Positions 37,835 through 48,024 of a DNA stretch of 64,000 nucleotides are shown here, piece by piece. A program made the position numbers and the translations under genes. Every line of letters starts with the position of its first letter. Position 1 is the stretch's first letter. The notes beneath the pieces are model-generated. The model saw nothing but the letters and a program-made list of their open reading frames with translations. It made no database searches and was not told where the DNA came from. The DNA comes from Candidatus Poribacteria bacterium (GTDB taxonomy: Bacteria > Poribacteria > WGA-4E > WGA-3G), in assembly GCA_963663765.2 (NCBI GenBank), contig CAXXUA010000002.1, positions 160,001 to 224,000 on the forward strand, in the 5' to 3' direction.

Positions 37835-39751
37835 CTAACGAACTATAGTTAAATTATCAATGCTATCTAACAACTGACTACTATCATTATAGACTTCTAA
37901 TCCCACCCTTTTCCCATCAACAGAAAAAAGACAAAAGTGCTTATCAATTGCAAATGCTTTGACCTTATCAACCCATGGAACTGATGTGTCTTGTACATAA
38001 TATGGAGCACCACACCCACCACTGATCACCTGCCAAACTGGAAACTGAAAATCTGGATTTATGGAGGAATCAATTAAAGTACGACTGTAGTTATGTTCAT
38101 CACCACATAATACTGCCAGCACTTTCGACTTGCTTGATACAATTTTCCAGAATCTGTTTCGCATATCAAGGACATCTCCCATTGGGACGGTGTTATCATT
38201 GTAACCACCTGTCCCACCCGCACCGGGAACACCCCAATACATTGCATCTTTGACATGTCCACCGTTTGGGAATGGAGGCTCATGGAGAATGATGAATACC
38301 CAATCTACATTCAGGTCTTTCTGGGCAGCATCCAATTCTTGTTGTAACCAACCCATCTGATTTGCCATGATATAACCTTCTCTGTTACCACCAAGGTGTT
38401 TTAGGGCGAGATTTATCGCAGTTTTATCCTGCGATTTCTGCCCAAACTCACTGAGATTTCTGTAACCTGTTGACCAATAATTGCTGTTCAAAGAGATAAA
38501 ATGAATTCTGCTGTATGTGAAAGAATAGACATTTTCACCATAAGAGGGTCCAACATTTTCTCCTCCCATATCACTACCACCTTTATTCTCAGGGTTTGGA
38601 ATACCCAACCCGTACTGACTTCCTTGAGGATTAACAAATTCTTTTGCAAAAATTGCTTCAGCACTGTTTTCTCCAACCGTTCCAGTAAACTGGATATAGT
38701 ATTCATCCTGCTTCAAATGTGGTGCAACAACTTTATAATATTTTCCTACCTGTTCATGGTTTCCGATTGATTCGTAGAATGGAATGTTTGCAGCGACTGG
38801 CTGGACCGTCCGCTTCCAAGTTTCAAGTTGTGCTGTATAATCTTGTACATCCGAGGTATAACCGTTGATAAGGTCACCACCAAAACATACAAAATCCGCC
38901 TTTTTGTTGTAGAGTTCTATGGCGAAACGTCCAAGATCTTTAGCATTAACGCCATTTTGTGCACGTTCTCCACCACCCACACCAGCACGTGAATCTGACA
39001 TAAAGCCGAATTTGAATGGAGATCTCATTCCCTGATCCGGCGCAGTCTTGAAGGTATATGTTGGCGTATTGATACCGTAATTGACTTGATATGAATAGCG
39101 TGTATTCGGTTTCAATTTCGTCAGATTAACTTCATGCTGGATAACTGGATTCAGAGATAAGAACTCTCTATTGTCTGCATGGACAGTACCTTTGGTAGGA
39201 ATGTCTGTTTCCCATGATATGACAGCGGAATTGTGTGTAACAAGATCGACAAACGGACCTTCAGTCAATGTTACAAGAGAGGTGTACTTTCCCGTTTTTG
39301 GTTCACCATCTCGCTTATAACGTAGTTGTCTGTCATAAGCACGTGTCGATTGAATGCGTGGATCAAAAATCTCTATACGATAGACGATAATCCCACCACT
39401 ATTTGCAATCAAACCAGTATCGTAATGAACATCTTCAAGCTTAGATATATCCATTTTTATTTGATGCTTTGTTTGGTTCTCATCAATAAGTGTTCCTTTT
39501 GCACTCTTGCGATATCGCGGGGTTGTCAATCTACCTTCCGTGTGCGGCACACCGTAATAAGCAATTGCAGCTGGTGTGTCAATCAATGTATCAAATTCAA
39601 CTATAGCATAAGATTCCTCAAATCCTGTAATTATTGGTTCATTTACCAAAAGCATATCTTCTCGGTAATCTATTGATGTCAAAGTAATTTCTTGTGCAAA
39701 AACACCTATAGATAAAAAAAATAGTCCTATAGAAATTAAGAAATGTTTCAT
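37835..39751 (-). CDS. Secreted purple-acid-phosphatase-like metallophosphoesterase with FN3 domain
   Basis: Signal peptide, FN3 segment (LKPNTRYSY), SDSR, GDL, GNHE, HEP and GDEHNY motifs. Confidence 0.85.
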   Translation of the reverse strand: MKHFLISIGLFFLSIGVFAQEITLTSIDYREDMLLVNEPIITGFEESYAIVEFDTLIDTPAAIAYYGVPHTEGRLTTPRYRKSAKGTLIDENQTKHQIKMDISKLEDVHYDTGLIANSGGIIVYRIEIFDPRIQSTRAYDRQLRYKRDGEPKTGKYTSLVTLTEGPFVDLVTHNSAVISWETDIPTKGTVHADNREFLSLNPVIQHEVNLTKLKPNTRYSYQVNYGINTPTYTFKTAPDQGMRSPFKFGFMSDSRAGVGGGERAQNGVNAKDLGRFAIELYNKKADFVCFGGDLINGYTSDVQDYTAQLETWKRTVQPVAANIPFYESIGNHEQVGKYYKVVAPHLKQDEYYIQFTGTVGENSAEAIFAKEFVNPQGSQYGLGIPNPENKGGSDMGGENVGPSYGENVYSFTYSRIHFISLNSNYWSTGYRNLSEFGQKSQDKTAINLALKHLGGNREGYIMANQMGWLQQELDAAQKDLNVDWVFIILHEPPFPNGGHVKDAMYWGVPGAGGTGGYNDNTVPMGDVLDMRNRFWKIVSSKSKVLAVLCGDEHNYSRTLIDSSINPDFQFPVWQVISGGCGAPYYVQDTSVPWVDKVKAFAIDKHFCLFSVDGKRVGLEVYNDSSQLLDSIDNLTIVR

Positions 39752-39864
39752 TGTCTTGTCCTTTCGAGTGATTTATAAATAAGATTTTACTTGAAATCAT
39801 TGAATTAAACTACAAATTTTTCACAGTTGTTTCTGATTTGTTTGTCAAAAGTGTGTCATTCACA

Positions 39865-39910
39865 AGGTGTGTAAAGTTTTTGCACAGAGGTACAAAAACT
39901 TTACACACCC
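39865..39910. mobile_element. 46-bp ISKra4-end-derived mini-element
   Basis: Two ISKra4-type TIRs almost abutting; no TSD seen. Confidence 0.75.
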
Positions 39911-40130
39911 AAAATAGCAGGATTATTTAGTTTTAGGTTTTTTTGATGATTATTTGCTATAACGTTAATAATATATGTTGCCATCTTGTCCATGTCTTTA
40001 GTCCCGTAGGGACGATATGTTTATAGAAAAATGTTATCTACTCCTCTTGAGTTCCGTAGGAACGGCATAGAAGAATAAACATATCGTCCCTACGGGACGA
40101 AAGAATTGGGAAGGGCACTCGTTTTCTATA

Positions 40131-40618
40131 GAACTTGTAGCGAGTAAGAGCTAAGAATTCAAAGTAAATGGAGATCTGAAGCAGAAAGAAAAGGACAAAA
40201 ATTACCTCTCTTTCTTTCCTTATTTCACCACATACTTATGGGTGTGTAAAGTTTTTGCACAGAGGTACAAACTTTTGTTCTCTTTAGTCCCGTAGGGACG
40301 CAATGTTTATAGATAGGTGTAATCACCCTCTCTTGAGTTCCGTAGGAACGACATAGAAGAATAAACATATCGTCCCTACGGGACTAAAGAACTGGTAAGG
40401 GCACTTGTTTTCTATAAACATATCGTCCCTACGGGACTGAAGAGTATGGTTGATATTAACAATATTTCCTTATATTGACACATATCGGTCTCTGTACCCG
40501 CAATCTCTCATTTAATCAGTTGCGGCGGGGCACAGAGATCCCGCTCTACAATGGAGAATGTGCAGTTTGTGCAAAAACTTTACACACCCCATACTTATGT
40601 CTTACTCACTATGACTTC
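40131..40618. mobile_element. Nested MITE with imperfect 25-bp TIR
   Basis: GAACTTGTAGCGAGTAAG...CTTACTCACTATGACTTC with an ATA duplication; empty site TTTTCTATAAAC at ~40408. Confidence 0.75.
40240..40589. mobile_element. ISKra4-type MITE
   Basis: TIR GGGTGTGTAAAGTTTTTGCACA at both ends; 9-bp TSD CATACTTAT. Confidence 0.9.
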
Positions 40619-40979
40619 ATAAACATATCGTCCCTACGGGACTAAAGAGCGATGTTCATGTTTCAATAATCTAAAACTGATGTATAAAGTTCGGTTAGGA
40701 AACCGAACCTGGGTATTAACCTTCAGTAAATCTCAATAACAGAAAACTCCTAAAACTGAATATCCCTGCAAAATAGAGAATTAATTGATAATACATCGCA
40801 CATCTGATAAGATGTTTGAATATTAGTTTTCATGCTATTCTGGATTTTGTTGTGTTTTGCTGGTTTGAATGAAATCAAATGTGTTATTAGTATAGAGACT
40901 CAAAAAAAACACATTTTCATCATTTTATTAATACTATGGTATTGACACATATACATAATAGGATAATATAGTTTTTGAT

Positions 40980-42581
40980 ATGACAACAGAAACAGATACC
41001 GTTCTTGAACTTAAGAATGTTACGAAGACATTTGGCAACCTTGCAGCTGTTGATAGCGTTAATTTTGATCTGAAAGCAGGTGAAATCCACGCAATTTTAG
41101 GTGAAAACGGCGCGGGTAAATCCACGCTTATGAATCTAATCTATGGACTCTACCAACCATCAGATGGAAACATATATATTTCAGGGAAAATCAAACAACT
41201 AAAATCCCCACGTGATGCAATTGCTAATGGTATAGGTATGGTACATCAACACTTTATGCTCATTGAGAACCTAACCGTAGCTGAAAATATAGTACTTAGT
41301 ACTTCACAATTCAGTTCATCGGATATCTTACCAAAACTTGATGCATCCATCACAGATTCTAAATCAAATGAATACCACAAACCAATTAAACTCAGCAAAT
41401 TTCGCTATAAGAAAAACGAAGCTGTGAATTTGACCGAAGCACACTCCAATAGATTCGGTTTGTCAGTAGATCCAAATGCACTTGTGCGAACTTTGTCTGT
41501 AGGCGCAAAGCAACGCGTGGAAATACTAAAAGCACTTGCAGTAGATGCACAAATACTGATTCTTGATGAACCAACAGCAGTCTTGAGTCCCAACGAGGTA
41601 GACGATTTCTTTCAAATATTGCGCGCACTACAGAACGATGGTAGATCCATTATATTTATTACTCACAAAATGGATGAAGTATTAGAAATTAGTGATAGAA
41701 TCACAGTTTTGAGTCGTGGAAAGAAAGTATATAACGGCAGGACAGGTGAACTCACCGCACAACAACTCGCAAGAGAGATGCTCGGTGAGGAAATTCCACA
41801 AGTTAAACGTGAGCAGAACGAAGCATCTAATGATTTAGTACTAAGTATTTCTAACCTGACTGTAAAAGGTATACGTAAAGAAATTGCAGTAGCGGATGTA
41901 TCCTTAAATACATATCGAGGTGAAATCGTTGGTATAGCAGGTGTTGATGGAAACGGTCAACGTGAATTAGCAGAATCAATTATGGGTTTACTTCCAATAA
42001 CTTCCGGCACAATAGATATATTAGGTAACCAACCAAAAGGCACAAATAACATTCGTCATTGTAGTGTCGGTTTTATCCCTGAAGATAGACGTACAATGGG
42101 CATCATAAATACCTTTACTGTTGCAGAAAATCTAATGCTGAATAAACCCTATTTAGATAATGTATCAAAATGGGGTGTAATTGACCAGAAAACAAAAACA
42201 GAAGTTGTGACAAAATTGATTGATACTTATGATATTCGTCCACCTTCATCTGAAATACCCGCCTCTTCACTATCAGGTGGAAATCAACAAAAAGTAGTTG
42301 TTGCCAGAGAACTTTCTCCACAACCTGACCTGCTAATTGCAGTAAATCCTACACGAGGATTAGATATAAATGCCGCACAGTTTGTACATCAAAATTTGCT
42401 TAAACAGAGAAATAGAAAAAAATCTGTACTTATAATATCAACTGAGTTAGACGAAGTTTTACTAATGAGTGATAGACTGTTTGTCATGTCAAGGGGTAAA
42501 CTTATAAATGCAACAAAACTACGTGACAATATAGAAGCATTGGGATTATTGATGACCGGAGAGACATTTCATGATGAATAA
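40980..42581 (+). CDS. ABC ATPase, CUT2/nucleoside type (two NBDs)
   Basis: GENGAGKST, ILDEPT, LSGGNQQK and PTRGLD motifs. Confidence 0.93.
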   Translation: MTTETDTVLELKNVTKTFGNLAAVDSVNFDLKAGEIHAILGENGAGKSTLMNLIYGLYQPSDGNIYISGKIKQLKSPRDAIANGIGMVHQHFMLIENLTVAENIVLSTSQFSSSDILPKLDASITDSKSNEYHKPIKLSKFRYKKNEAVNLTEAHSNRFGLSVDPNALVRTLSVGAKQRVEILKALAVDAQILILDEPTAVLSPNEVDDFFQILRALQNDGRSIIFITHKMDEVLEISDRITVLSRGKKVYNGRTGELTAQQLAREMLGEEIPQVKREQNEASNDLVLSISNLTVKGIRKEIAVADVSLNTYRGEIVGIAGVDGNGQRELAESIMGLLPITSGTIDILGNQPKGTNNIRHCSVGFIPEDRRTMGIINTFTVAENLMLNKPYLDNVSKWGVIDQKTKTEVVTKLIDTYDIRPPSSEIPASSLSGGNQQKVVVARELSPQPDLLIAVNPTRGLDINAAQFVHQNLLKQRNRKKSVLIISTELDEVLLMSDRLFVMSRGKLINATKLRDNIEALGLLMTGETFHDE

Positions 42582-43680
42582 TCTAATCGGATTAATTCGT
42601 GCAATAAAATTCCAATGTGTCAGTTCACTGGAAAACTATCCACGTTTTACCCAAATAGTGGTAATTCCACTGATAATATTAGGTTGTGCTTCACTTACAA
42701 ATGCAATCATTTTACTACTTTGTGGTTATAATCCTGTGACAGCTTATACCGCTGCTGCAGGATATTCGTTGTGTTCAATTCGTGGCTTAAGTGAAACACT
42801 TGTTAAAACCACACCTTTTCTAATGACAGGGCTATCGGTTGGTATTGCATTTCGGTGTGGGATTTGGAACATAGGAGCAGAAGGACAGTTTCTAATTGGG
42901 GCATTAACAGCAACTTGGTTCGGAACGAGAATAGCATACATGATCCCTCACACCCCATGGCTTGGTGTACCACTATGTCTTTGCATTGCGGGACTTGCGG
43001 GTGGTGTTTGGGGCGTAATTCCCGCTATTCTAAAAGTCACACGTGGAGTCAACGAAGTGATCAGCACCATCATGCTAAACTATGTTGCAATTCATCTTGT
43101 GGGACTGATGATAGAAGGTGGACCACTTCAAGAATCTTCTAAAATCGGTTCGCAAAGTGATTCAATAGTTAAATGGGTCTCCTTACCACGTTTTATTGAA
43201 GGTAATAGACTCCATCCTGGGATTGTTATTTCTATTATCTTAGCAATAGTCTTAACATTCGTCCTTTTTCGCACTACATTTGGGTATCAACTACGCGCGG
43301 TTGGTGAAGGGGCTGATGCAGCAAAAGCTGCTGGTATTTCTGTTATGCAAAACACAATTCGCGTTTTCTTTATTAGTGGCGCACTTGCAGGACTTGGTGG
43401 AGCGATTGAACTAACGGCACTTGCAGATGAACTCACAAAAAGTTTCTCACCAGGATATGGTTATACAGCTATAGCCGTTGCACTTATGGCAAAATTACAT
43501 CCGCTTGGTACAATTGCAACTGCACTCCTCTTTGGCGCACTCTCTGTTGGTTCATTTGCTATGGAAGGAGAAATCGGTATATCTGGTAAGATAACATGGA
43601 TGATGCAGGCAATAATCCTACTTTATGTTATAGGTTATAGTTCAGCAAGACTTTTTAATAAACAACCATCAAAACAATAA
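42571..43680 (+). CDS. Nucleoside-type ABC permease 1
   Basis: WNIGAEGQ, NEVISTIMLNY and GYGYTAIAVAL motifs. Confidence 0.92.
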   Translation: MMNNLIGLIRAIKFQCVSSLENYPRFTQIVVIPLIILGCASLTNAIILLLCGYNPVTAYTAAAGYSLCSIRGLSETLVKTTPFLMTGLSVGIAFRCGIWNIGAEGQFLIGALTATWFGTRIAYMIPHTPWLGVPLCLCIAGLAGGVWGVIPAILKVTRGVNEVISTIMLNYVAIHLVGLMIEGGPLQESSKIGSQSDSIVKWVSLPRFIEGNRLHPGIVISIILAIVLTFVLFRTTFGYQLRAVGEGADAAKAAGISVMQNTIRVFFISGALAGLGGAIELTALADELTKSFSPGYGYTAIAVALMAKLHPLGTIATALLFGALSVGSFAMEGEIGISGKITWMMQAIILLYVIGYSSARLFNKQPSKQ

Positions 43681-43724
43681 TAGTTGACGGATTATGGGGA
43701 ACTACAACATATTTGAATTCTATA

Positions 43725-43846
43725 CAGGACTTACGCAGTTTTCATGATTTGATGAAGAATTATGACGAAAATGGTGTAATTTTCAGGATTTTTTCGGTTT
43801 CCAGCGCGCTTACAAAGCACGCCTACCGTTGGGTGCGTAAGTCCTG
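43725..43846 (-). mobile_element. MITE, CAGGAC family (empty allele)
   Basis: Perfect 13-bp TIRs, TSD CTATA. Confidence 0.92.
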
Positions 43847-43944
43847 CTATATAGTTATCTGGCATGTTGCAAATCCAAAAATTTAGAAACATAGTATCTA
43901 TCCCAACAGTAGAATTACTTTATAACAACAAATATACGCGATAA

Positions 43945-44892
43945 TTGGAGAAAAAAACAAGGATGTTAGAAGACGTACTTGCTGCAACCATTCGTGGCGC
44001 GACACCCCTACTGCTGGCAGCATTAGGAGAATTGATATCTCAACGGGCAGGTGTTATTAACATCGGTATTGAAGGTATGATGCTAATTGGAGCTCTATCT
44101 GGTATGATAGGTTCCTACTATACAGCAGGAATACCAATGTTTGCTCCTTGGATCGGACTTATTGTGGCAGGTGTGAGTGGACTTCTTACAGCTATCATTT
44201 TCGTCTTCTTCGCAATAAAACTTAGAAGTGACCAGATTGTAATCGGTACTGCGCTCACACTATTCGCATTAGGTTTAACAGAAGTCGTTTTTCAACGATT
44301 TTCACAAATAGTAGGAAGTCAACAGAAAGTCACAGCTTTTCAAGACATTCATTTGCCTATTTTATCAGAAATTCCAATATTAGGTGATATTCTTTTTTCA
44401 CATAATATTATTGTATATCTCACTTTTCTCCTTGTCCCTTGTGTATACTTCTTTCTTTACCACACACAACTCGGTTTAAGAGTACGTGCTTGTGGTGAAC
44501 ACCCAAAAGCTATCTCAACTGTTGGTTCTAACGTCATACGAATTAGGACAATGTGTCTAATGTTTGCTGGCGCAATGGCTGGGATAGGGGGAGGCTATCT
44601 TTCACTTGCTGAAATACCTTATTTCACATCTGAAATGACAGATGGACGTGGTTTTGTTGCTTTAGCTATAGTAATTTTTGGCAAATGGCACCCACTAAAG
44701 ACGTGTGCTGCAGCATTGTTATTTGGTTTCGGATTTGCCTTGGACTTTCGTTTTCAAGCGTCAGGATGGGGTATACAACATCATTGGTTTTTGATGTTTC
44801 CATTCTTACTATGTTTAGCAGTATTGGCAGGTTTTGTCGGACGCGCAGATGCACCGCAGGCTCTTGGTAAACCTTATGATCCGCAAGCATAA
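43945..44892 (+). CDS. Nucleoside-type ABC permease 2
   Basis: GVINIGIEGMML, GRGFVALA and APQALGKPY motifs. The start may be the ATG at 43963. Confidence 0.92.
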   Translation: MEKKTRMLEDVLAATIRGATPLLLAALGELISQRAGVINIGIEGMMLIGALSGMIGSYYTAGIPMFAPWIGLIVAGVSGLLTAIIFVFFAIKLRSDQIVIGTALTLFALGLTEVVFQRFSQIVGSQQKVTAFQDIHLPILSEIPILGDILFSHNIIVYLTFLLVPCVYFFLYHTQLGLRVRACGEHPKAISTVGSNVIRIRTMCLMFAGAMAGIGGGYLSLAEIPYFTSEMTDGRGFVALAIVIFGKWHPLKTCAAALLFGFGFALDFRFQASGWGIQHHWFLMFPFLLCLAVLAGFVGRADAPQALGKPYDPQA

Positions 44893-44902
44893 TTCTAACG
44901 CA

Positions 44903-47900
44903 TTAAAATGTGTTACCAATCCGAAAATAGACCGAATTAGTTAACACATCAGGAACTGAAACGAGTGGGACCGCATATTCAATACCACCAATGATAGGAC
45001 CAATATTGAGACGTAACCCCACACCGACCGAAGAGGGTAACCATTTGTATTCAATATCTTCTAATGAACCCCAAACGTTACCAGTATCAAAAAATAGAAC
45101 ACCATGAAAAGGATTGAAAATTGGAAATCGTAATTCTGTGTTGAAAATAAACTGTACATTACCCCTATGCTTACCAGTAATATCTTCAGGACCGAGTCCT
45201 CTTTCCTCATATCCGCGAACAGTTGTACTACCTCCAGCCCAGAATCGTTCGAAGGATATTAGTTCTGTATCACTATTAGGATTGTCCTGAAGACCAGGTG
45301 TGTAACCAATACGAAAAGCGGGTGTAAATACAAGTCCACGTAAAAACAACTGTCTGTAATACCGAGAATCAGCAGTAATTTTTATGAAATTACTTTCACC
45401 ACCTAAGAACTTACCAGCATATTCTACAGTATATTCATTATACATACCTGATGTTGGATTCAAAGCAGGTAACCGACTATCTTGCCGCCATAAGAAGAGA
45501 AGACTGCTAACTGTCGTATCGGAGGATTCTACGGAAATATCTTTTAAGGAACGATAACTATATTCTAAGTTTAAACGGTGGGTCGTAGATAACTTTCTAC
45601 TCAGACTAAAACTACCTTGTAATGCTCTTACTTCATCATCTTCTTCTAATTTTCTTCCCAAAAATTGAAGACTACCGCTCGTTCTACCTATCAACCAAGG
45701 TTCAGTTAATGTTGTGCTATATAAATATCCACGTGTACCCCATCTTCCGCGCATTCCTAATCTTATATTTCTCCTGAAAAGGTTAAGATGATTCATCGTG
45801 ACTGTACCCCGCAAGCCATCTGCTGAGCTGAAGCCTCCACCAGCACCGAAGTATCTCGGCTTACTTTTTTGAATTGCAATTTCAACATCTCTGACATTAG
45901 GTTCAGACAACATCAAATTTGAACCATTCGTCGAATTAGTAAAACTTGATTGATTTTCAATGGATGCAGACTCATTAGCCTCAACCCGGATACCTGGTTC
46001 AAAAATGCCTGTACCATATAAATTCTGTATTGCTTGACTTAACTTCTCAGGTTTAAATATTTCACCTTGTAAATGTGCAACTTCACGGGTCAGTACTTTT
46101 TGAATTACACCAGTGTCACCAACGAAACTGAATGAACCAAAACTTATCTGTTCACCCTCAGAGATTTCAAAAAGCAAAATACCATGCTCATACACAGAAA
46201 GATGTTCTCTATCCTGATTAAGGGTATACCTTGCATTTCCATTGGCATCCTGAATTGTCCACTCATCTCCTATTTTTGTGGCAACATACATGCCAGTAAG
46301 TGTTAGTTCATGTTTATTAAACAGTTTCTTTAATTCTTGTGGAAGCATACCAGAATCCAATGTTGTTGTAAAATCACCTTTTAACTGAAATGTAGGTGTT
46401 TCCAACTTATCTAGGAATTTTGGATTCTCTATAACTATATCAATGTAACCAAGATCATGATATTCTTTTATAATTGCATTTTCATATCTTTTCTGTTCAA
46501 GTCGCGCATTTGGCACGGGAGGTGCATCCGGTAATGCAGCAGTTAAACTGGCAGTATCTATGACACTGTTTCCAATGAAATGACACCTATATATTACCTC
46601 TTTGTAAGGTTCTACGAAAGTAAGTTTAATCGAAACTTCACCTATATTTTTAGACTTCGTATTCTGTTTGCCTAATTCTTGTTTTACATCTAACTTTGGG
46701 TACCCCGCTTTTTCATAAAGAATTCTCAGACGCTTCTTATCAGTCTCCAGTGTCTGTTCGGAAAAAAAGCGTTTATTAAAATGTCGTGATAAAAAACTGA
46801 TCGGTCGGGAATCCATCTCACGGAGTAATTCATGATCAGCAAATGCATCATTACCTTCAAATTCAACTTTTTTCACGAGGTAACGTTTACCCAATTTGAT
46901 AGTAAATTTGACATGTAGTGGAGAATTTGTAATTTTTTCTAATTTTACTGTTGTTCCTTCGTAACCCCTAATATTAAAATGCGATTCAACAATCTGTATC
47001 CATTGTGATTGATCACTAATTGAAGAAGTAATATCACTCATAAGCTGATCTTTTTCTGATTCTTGTCTGTTATTGCGCAATTTTTTCCATATATTACGTA
47101 AAATGGATTCTTTAAATATAGGTTTGCCATTTTCATCTACAAAGTCAAGTAATAGTTGTGTTCCTTCGGTAATGCTAAACGTCACCACTCCTGATTTAAA
47201 GGTATAGTCTATTATTGTATTATGATAATACTTTTTTCTATATAAATCGCGAATTAATCTAAGATCTTCATCTATTACGGATTTTTGATAGATACCTCCA
47301 ACGCGTGTATGACATTTTTCTTTAATGTTCTCTGTGAAAATAGCCTTATTTCCCAGGATTCTAATTTCAGATACATAAGTGGGTTCACCTAAATCAATTT
47401 GATATGTTAATCTGCCACTTGAAGAAACTAAATTTATGTTTACTTCTGCTGAAAAATATCCGTTCTCTGCACAAACTTGCTTTATTGAATCTATATCATT
47501 ATGTGCAATTATTTGCACATACATATCACCGGGTTTTAATCGTAGTGAAGAATCAATATTACGCTCGAGTTCGTCAGAACGTACACCGATTATCGTAATA
47601 CTTTGGATACGAATCACATTAGTTAAATCAAATTTTAGTGAAACACCATCTGGTGTTTCTATGTGATAGACATAAACTTGATAGAACTGTTGTGAAGCAT
47701 ACAGTGATTTTACACTTTGTTGAATTTTATAACGCGAATATTGTGATCCGTTCTCTATATAGATCATTTCATTCAGACGTTCTAATACCTCACTATCAGA
47801 CACAAGATTTGTATCTATGTAGAATTCAATTTTAGTAATTTTCTTTTGTTGTATTGTATCAGTTGAGGTATCAAGGGATTGCATCGAAACATTGTTTTCT

Positions 47901-48022
47901 CCATAGACTGGTTTAAATACGAGAAAACAGAACAGTAACAATAAAAGTTTACGAAAGTTACACACTATATTTGAACAAACATGGGGGGATTTTGTGAAGT
48001 GATTGTAATCCAGATGATACAT
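44903..48022 (-). CDS. Omp85-family (BamA/TamA-like) protein with many POTRA domains
   Basis: POTRA repeats, AGGSTTVRGY, C-terminal F. Confidence 0.92.
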   Translation of the reverse strand: MYHLDYNHFTKSPHVCSNIVCNFRKLLLLLFCFLVFKPVYGENNVSMQSLDTSTDTIQQKKITKIEFYIDTNLVSDSEVLERLNEMIYIENGSQYSRYKIQQSVKSLYASQQFYQVYVYHIETPDGVSLKFDLTNVIRIQSITIIGVRSDELERNIDSSLRLKPGDMYVQIIAHNDIDSIKQVCAENGYFSAEVNINLVSSSGRLTYQIDLGEPTYVSEIRILGNKAIFTENIKEKCHTRVGGIYQKSVIDEDLRLIRDLYRKKYYHNTIIDYTFKSGVVTFSITEGTQLLLDFVDENGKPIFKESILRNIWKKLRNNRQESEKDQLMSDITSSISDQSQWIQIVESHFNIRGYEGTTVKLEKITNSPLHVKFTIKLGKRYLVKKVEFEGNDAFADHELLREMDSRPISFLSRHFNKRFFSEQTLETDKKRLRILYEKAGYPKLDVKQELGKQNTKSKNIGEVSIKLTFVEPYKEVIYRCHFIGNSVIDTASLTAALPDAPPVPNARLEQKRYENAIIKEYHDLGYIDIVIENPKFLDKLETPTFQLKGDFTTTLDSGMLPQELKKLFNKHELTLTGMYVATKIGDEWTIQDANGNARYTLNQDREHLSVYEHGILLFEISEGEQISFGSFSFVGDTGVIQKVLTREVAHLQGEIFKPEKLSQAIQNLYGTGIFEPGIRVEANESASIENQSSFTNSTNGSNLMLSEPNVRDVEIAIQKSKPRYFGAGGGFSSADGLRGTVTMNHLNLFRRNIRLGMRGRWGTRGYLYSTTLTEPWLIGRTSGSLQFLGRKLEEDDEVRALQGSFSLSRKLSTTHRLNLEYSYRSLKDISVESSDTTVSSLLFLWRQDSRLPALNPTSGMYNEYTVEYAGKFLGGESNFIKITADSRYYRQLFLRGLVFTPAFRIGYTPGLQDNPNSDTELISFERFWAGGSTTVRGYEERGLGPEDITGKHRGNVQFIFNTELRFPIFNPFHGVLFFDTGNVWGSLEDIEYKWLPSSVGVGLRLNIGPIIGGIEYAVPLVSVPDVLTNSVYFRIGNTF

Positions 48023-48024
48023 GA

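Larger units (their letters stand above)
39918..40768 (+). mobile_element. CAGG-family MITE with two nested insertions
   Basis: TIRs CAGGATTATTTAGTTTT / AAAACTGAATATCCCTG; 8-bp TSD CAAAATAG. Confidence 0.87.

Noticed and set aside
39990-40650. Recurrent GTCCC-GTA-GGGAC palindromes as a CRISPR array
   Set aside because: Spacing is irregular, orientations are mixed, intervening sequences are themselves repeated, and no cas genes are present.
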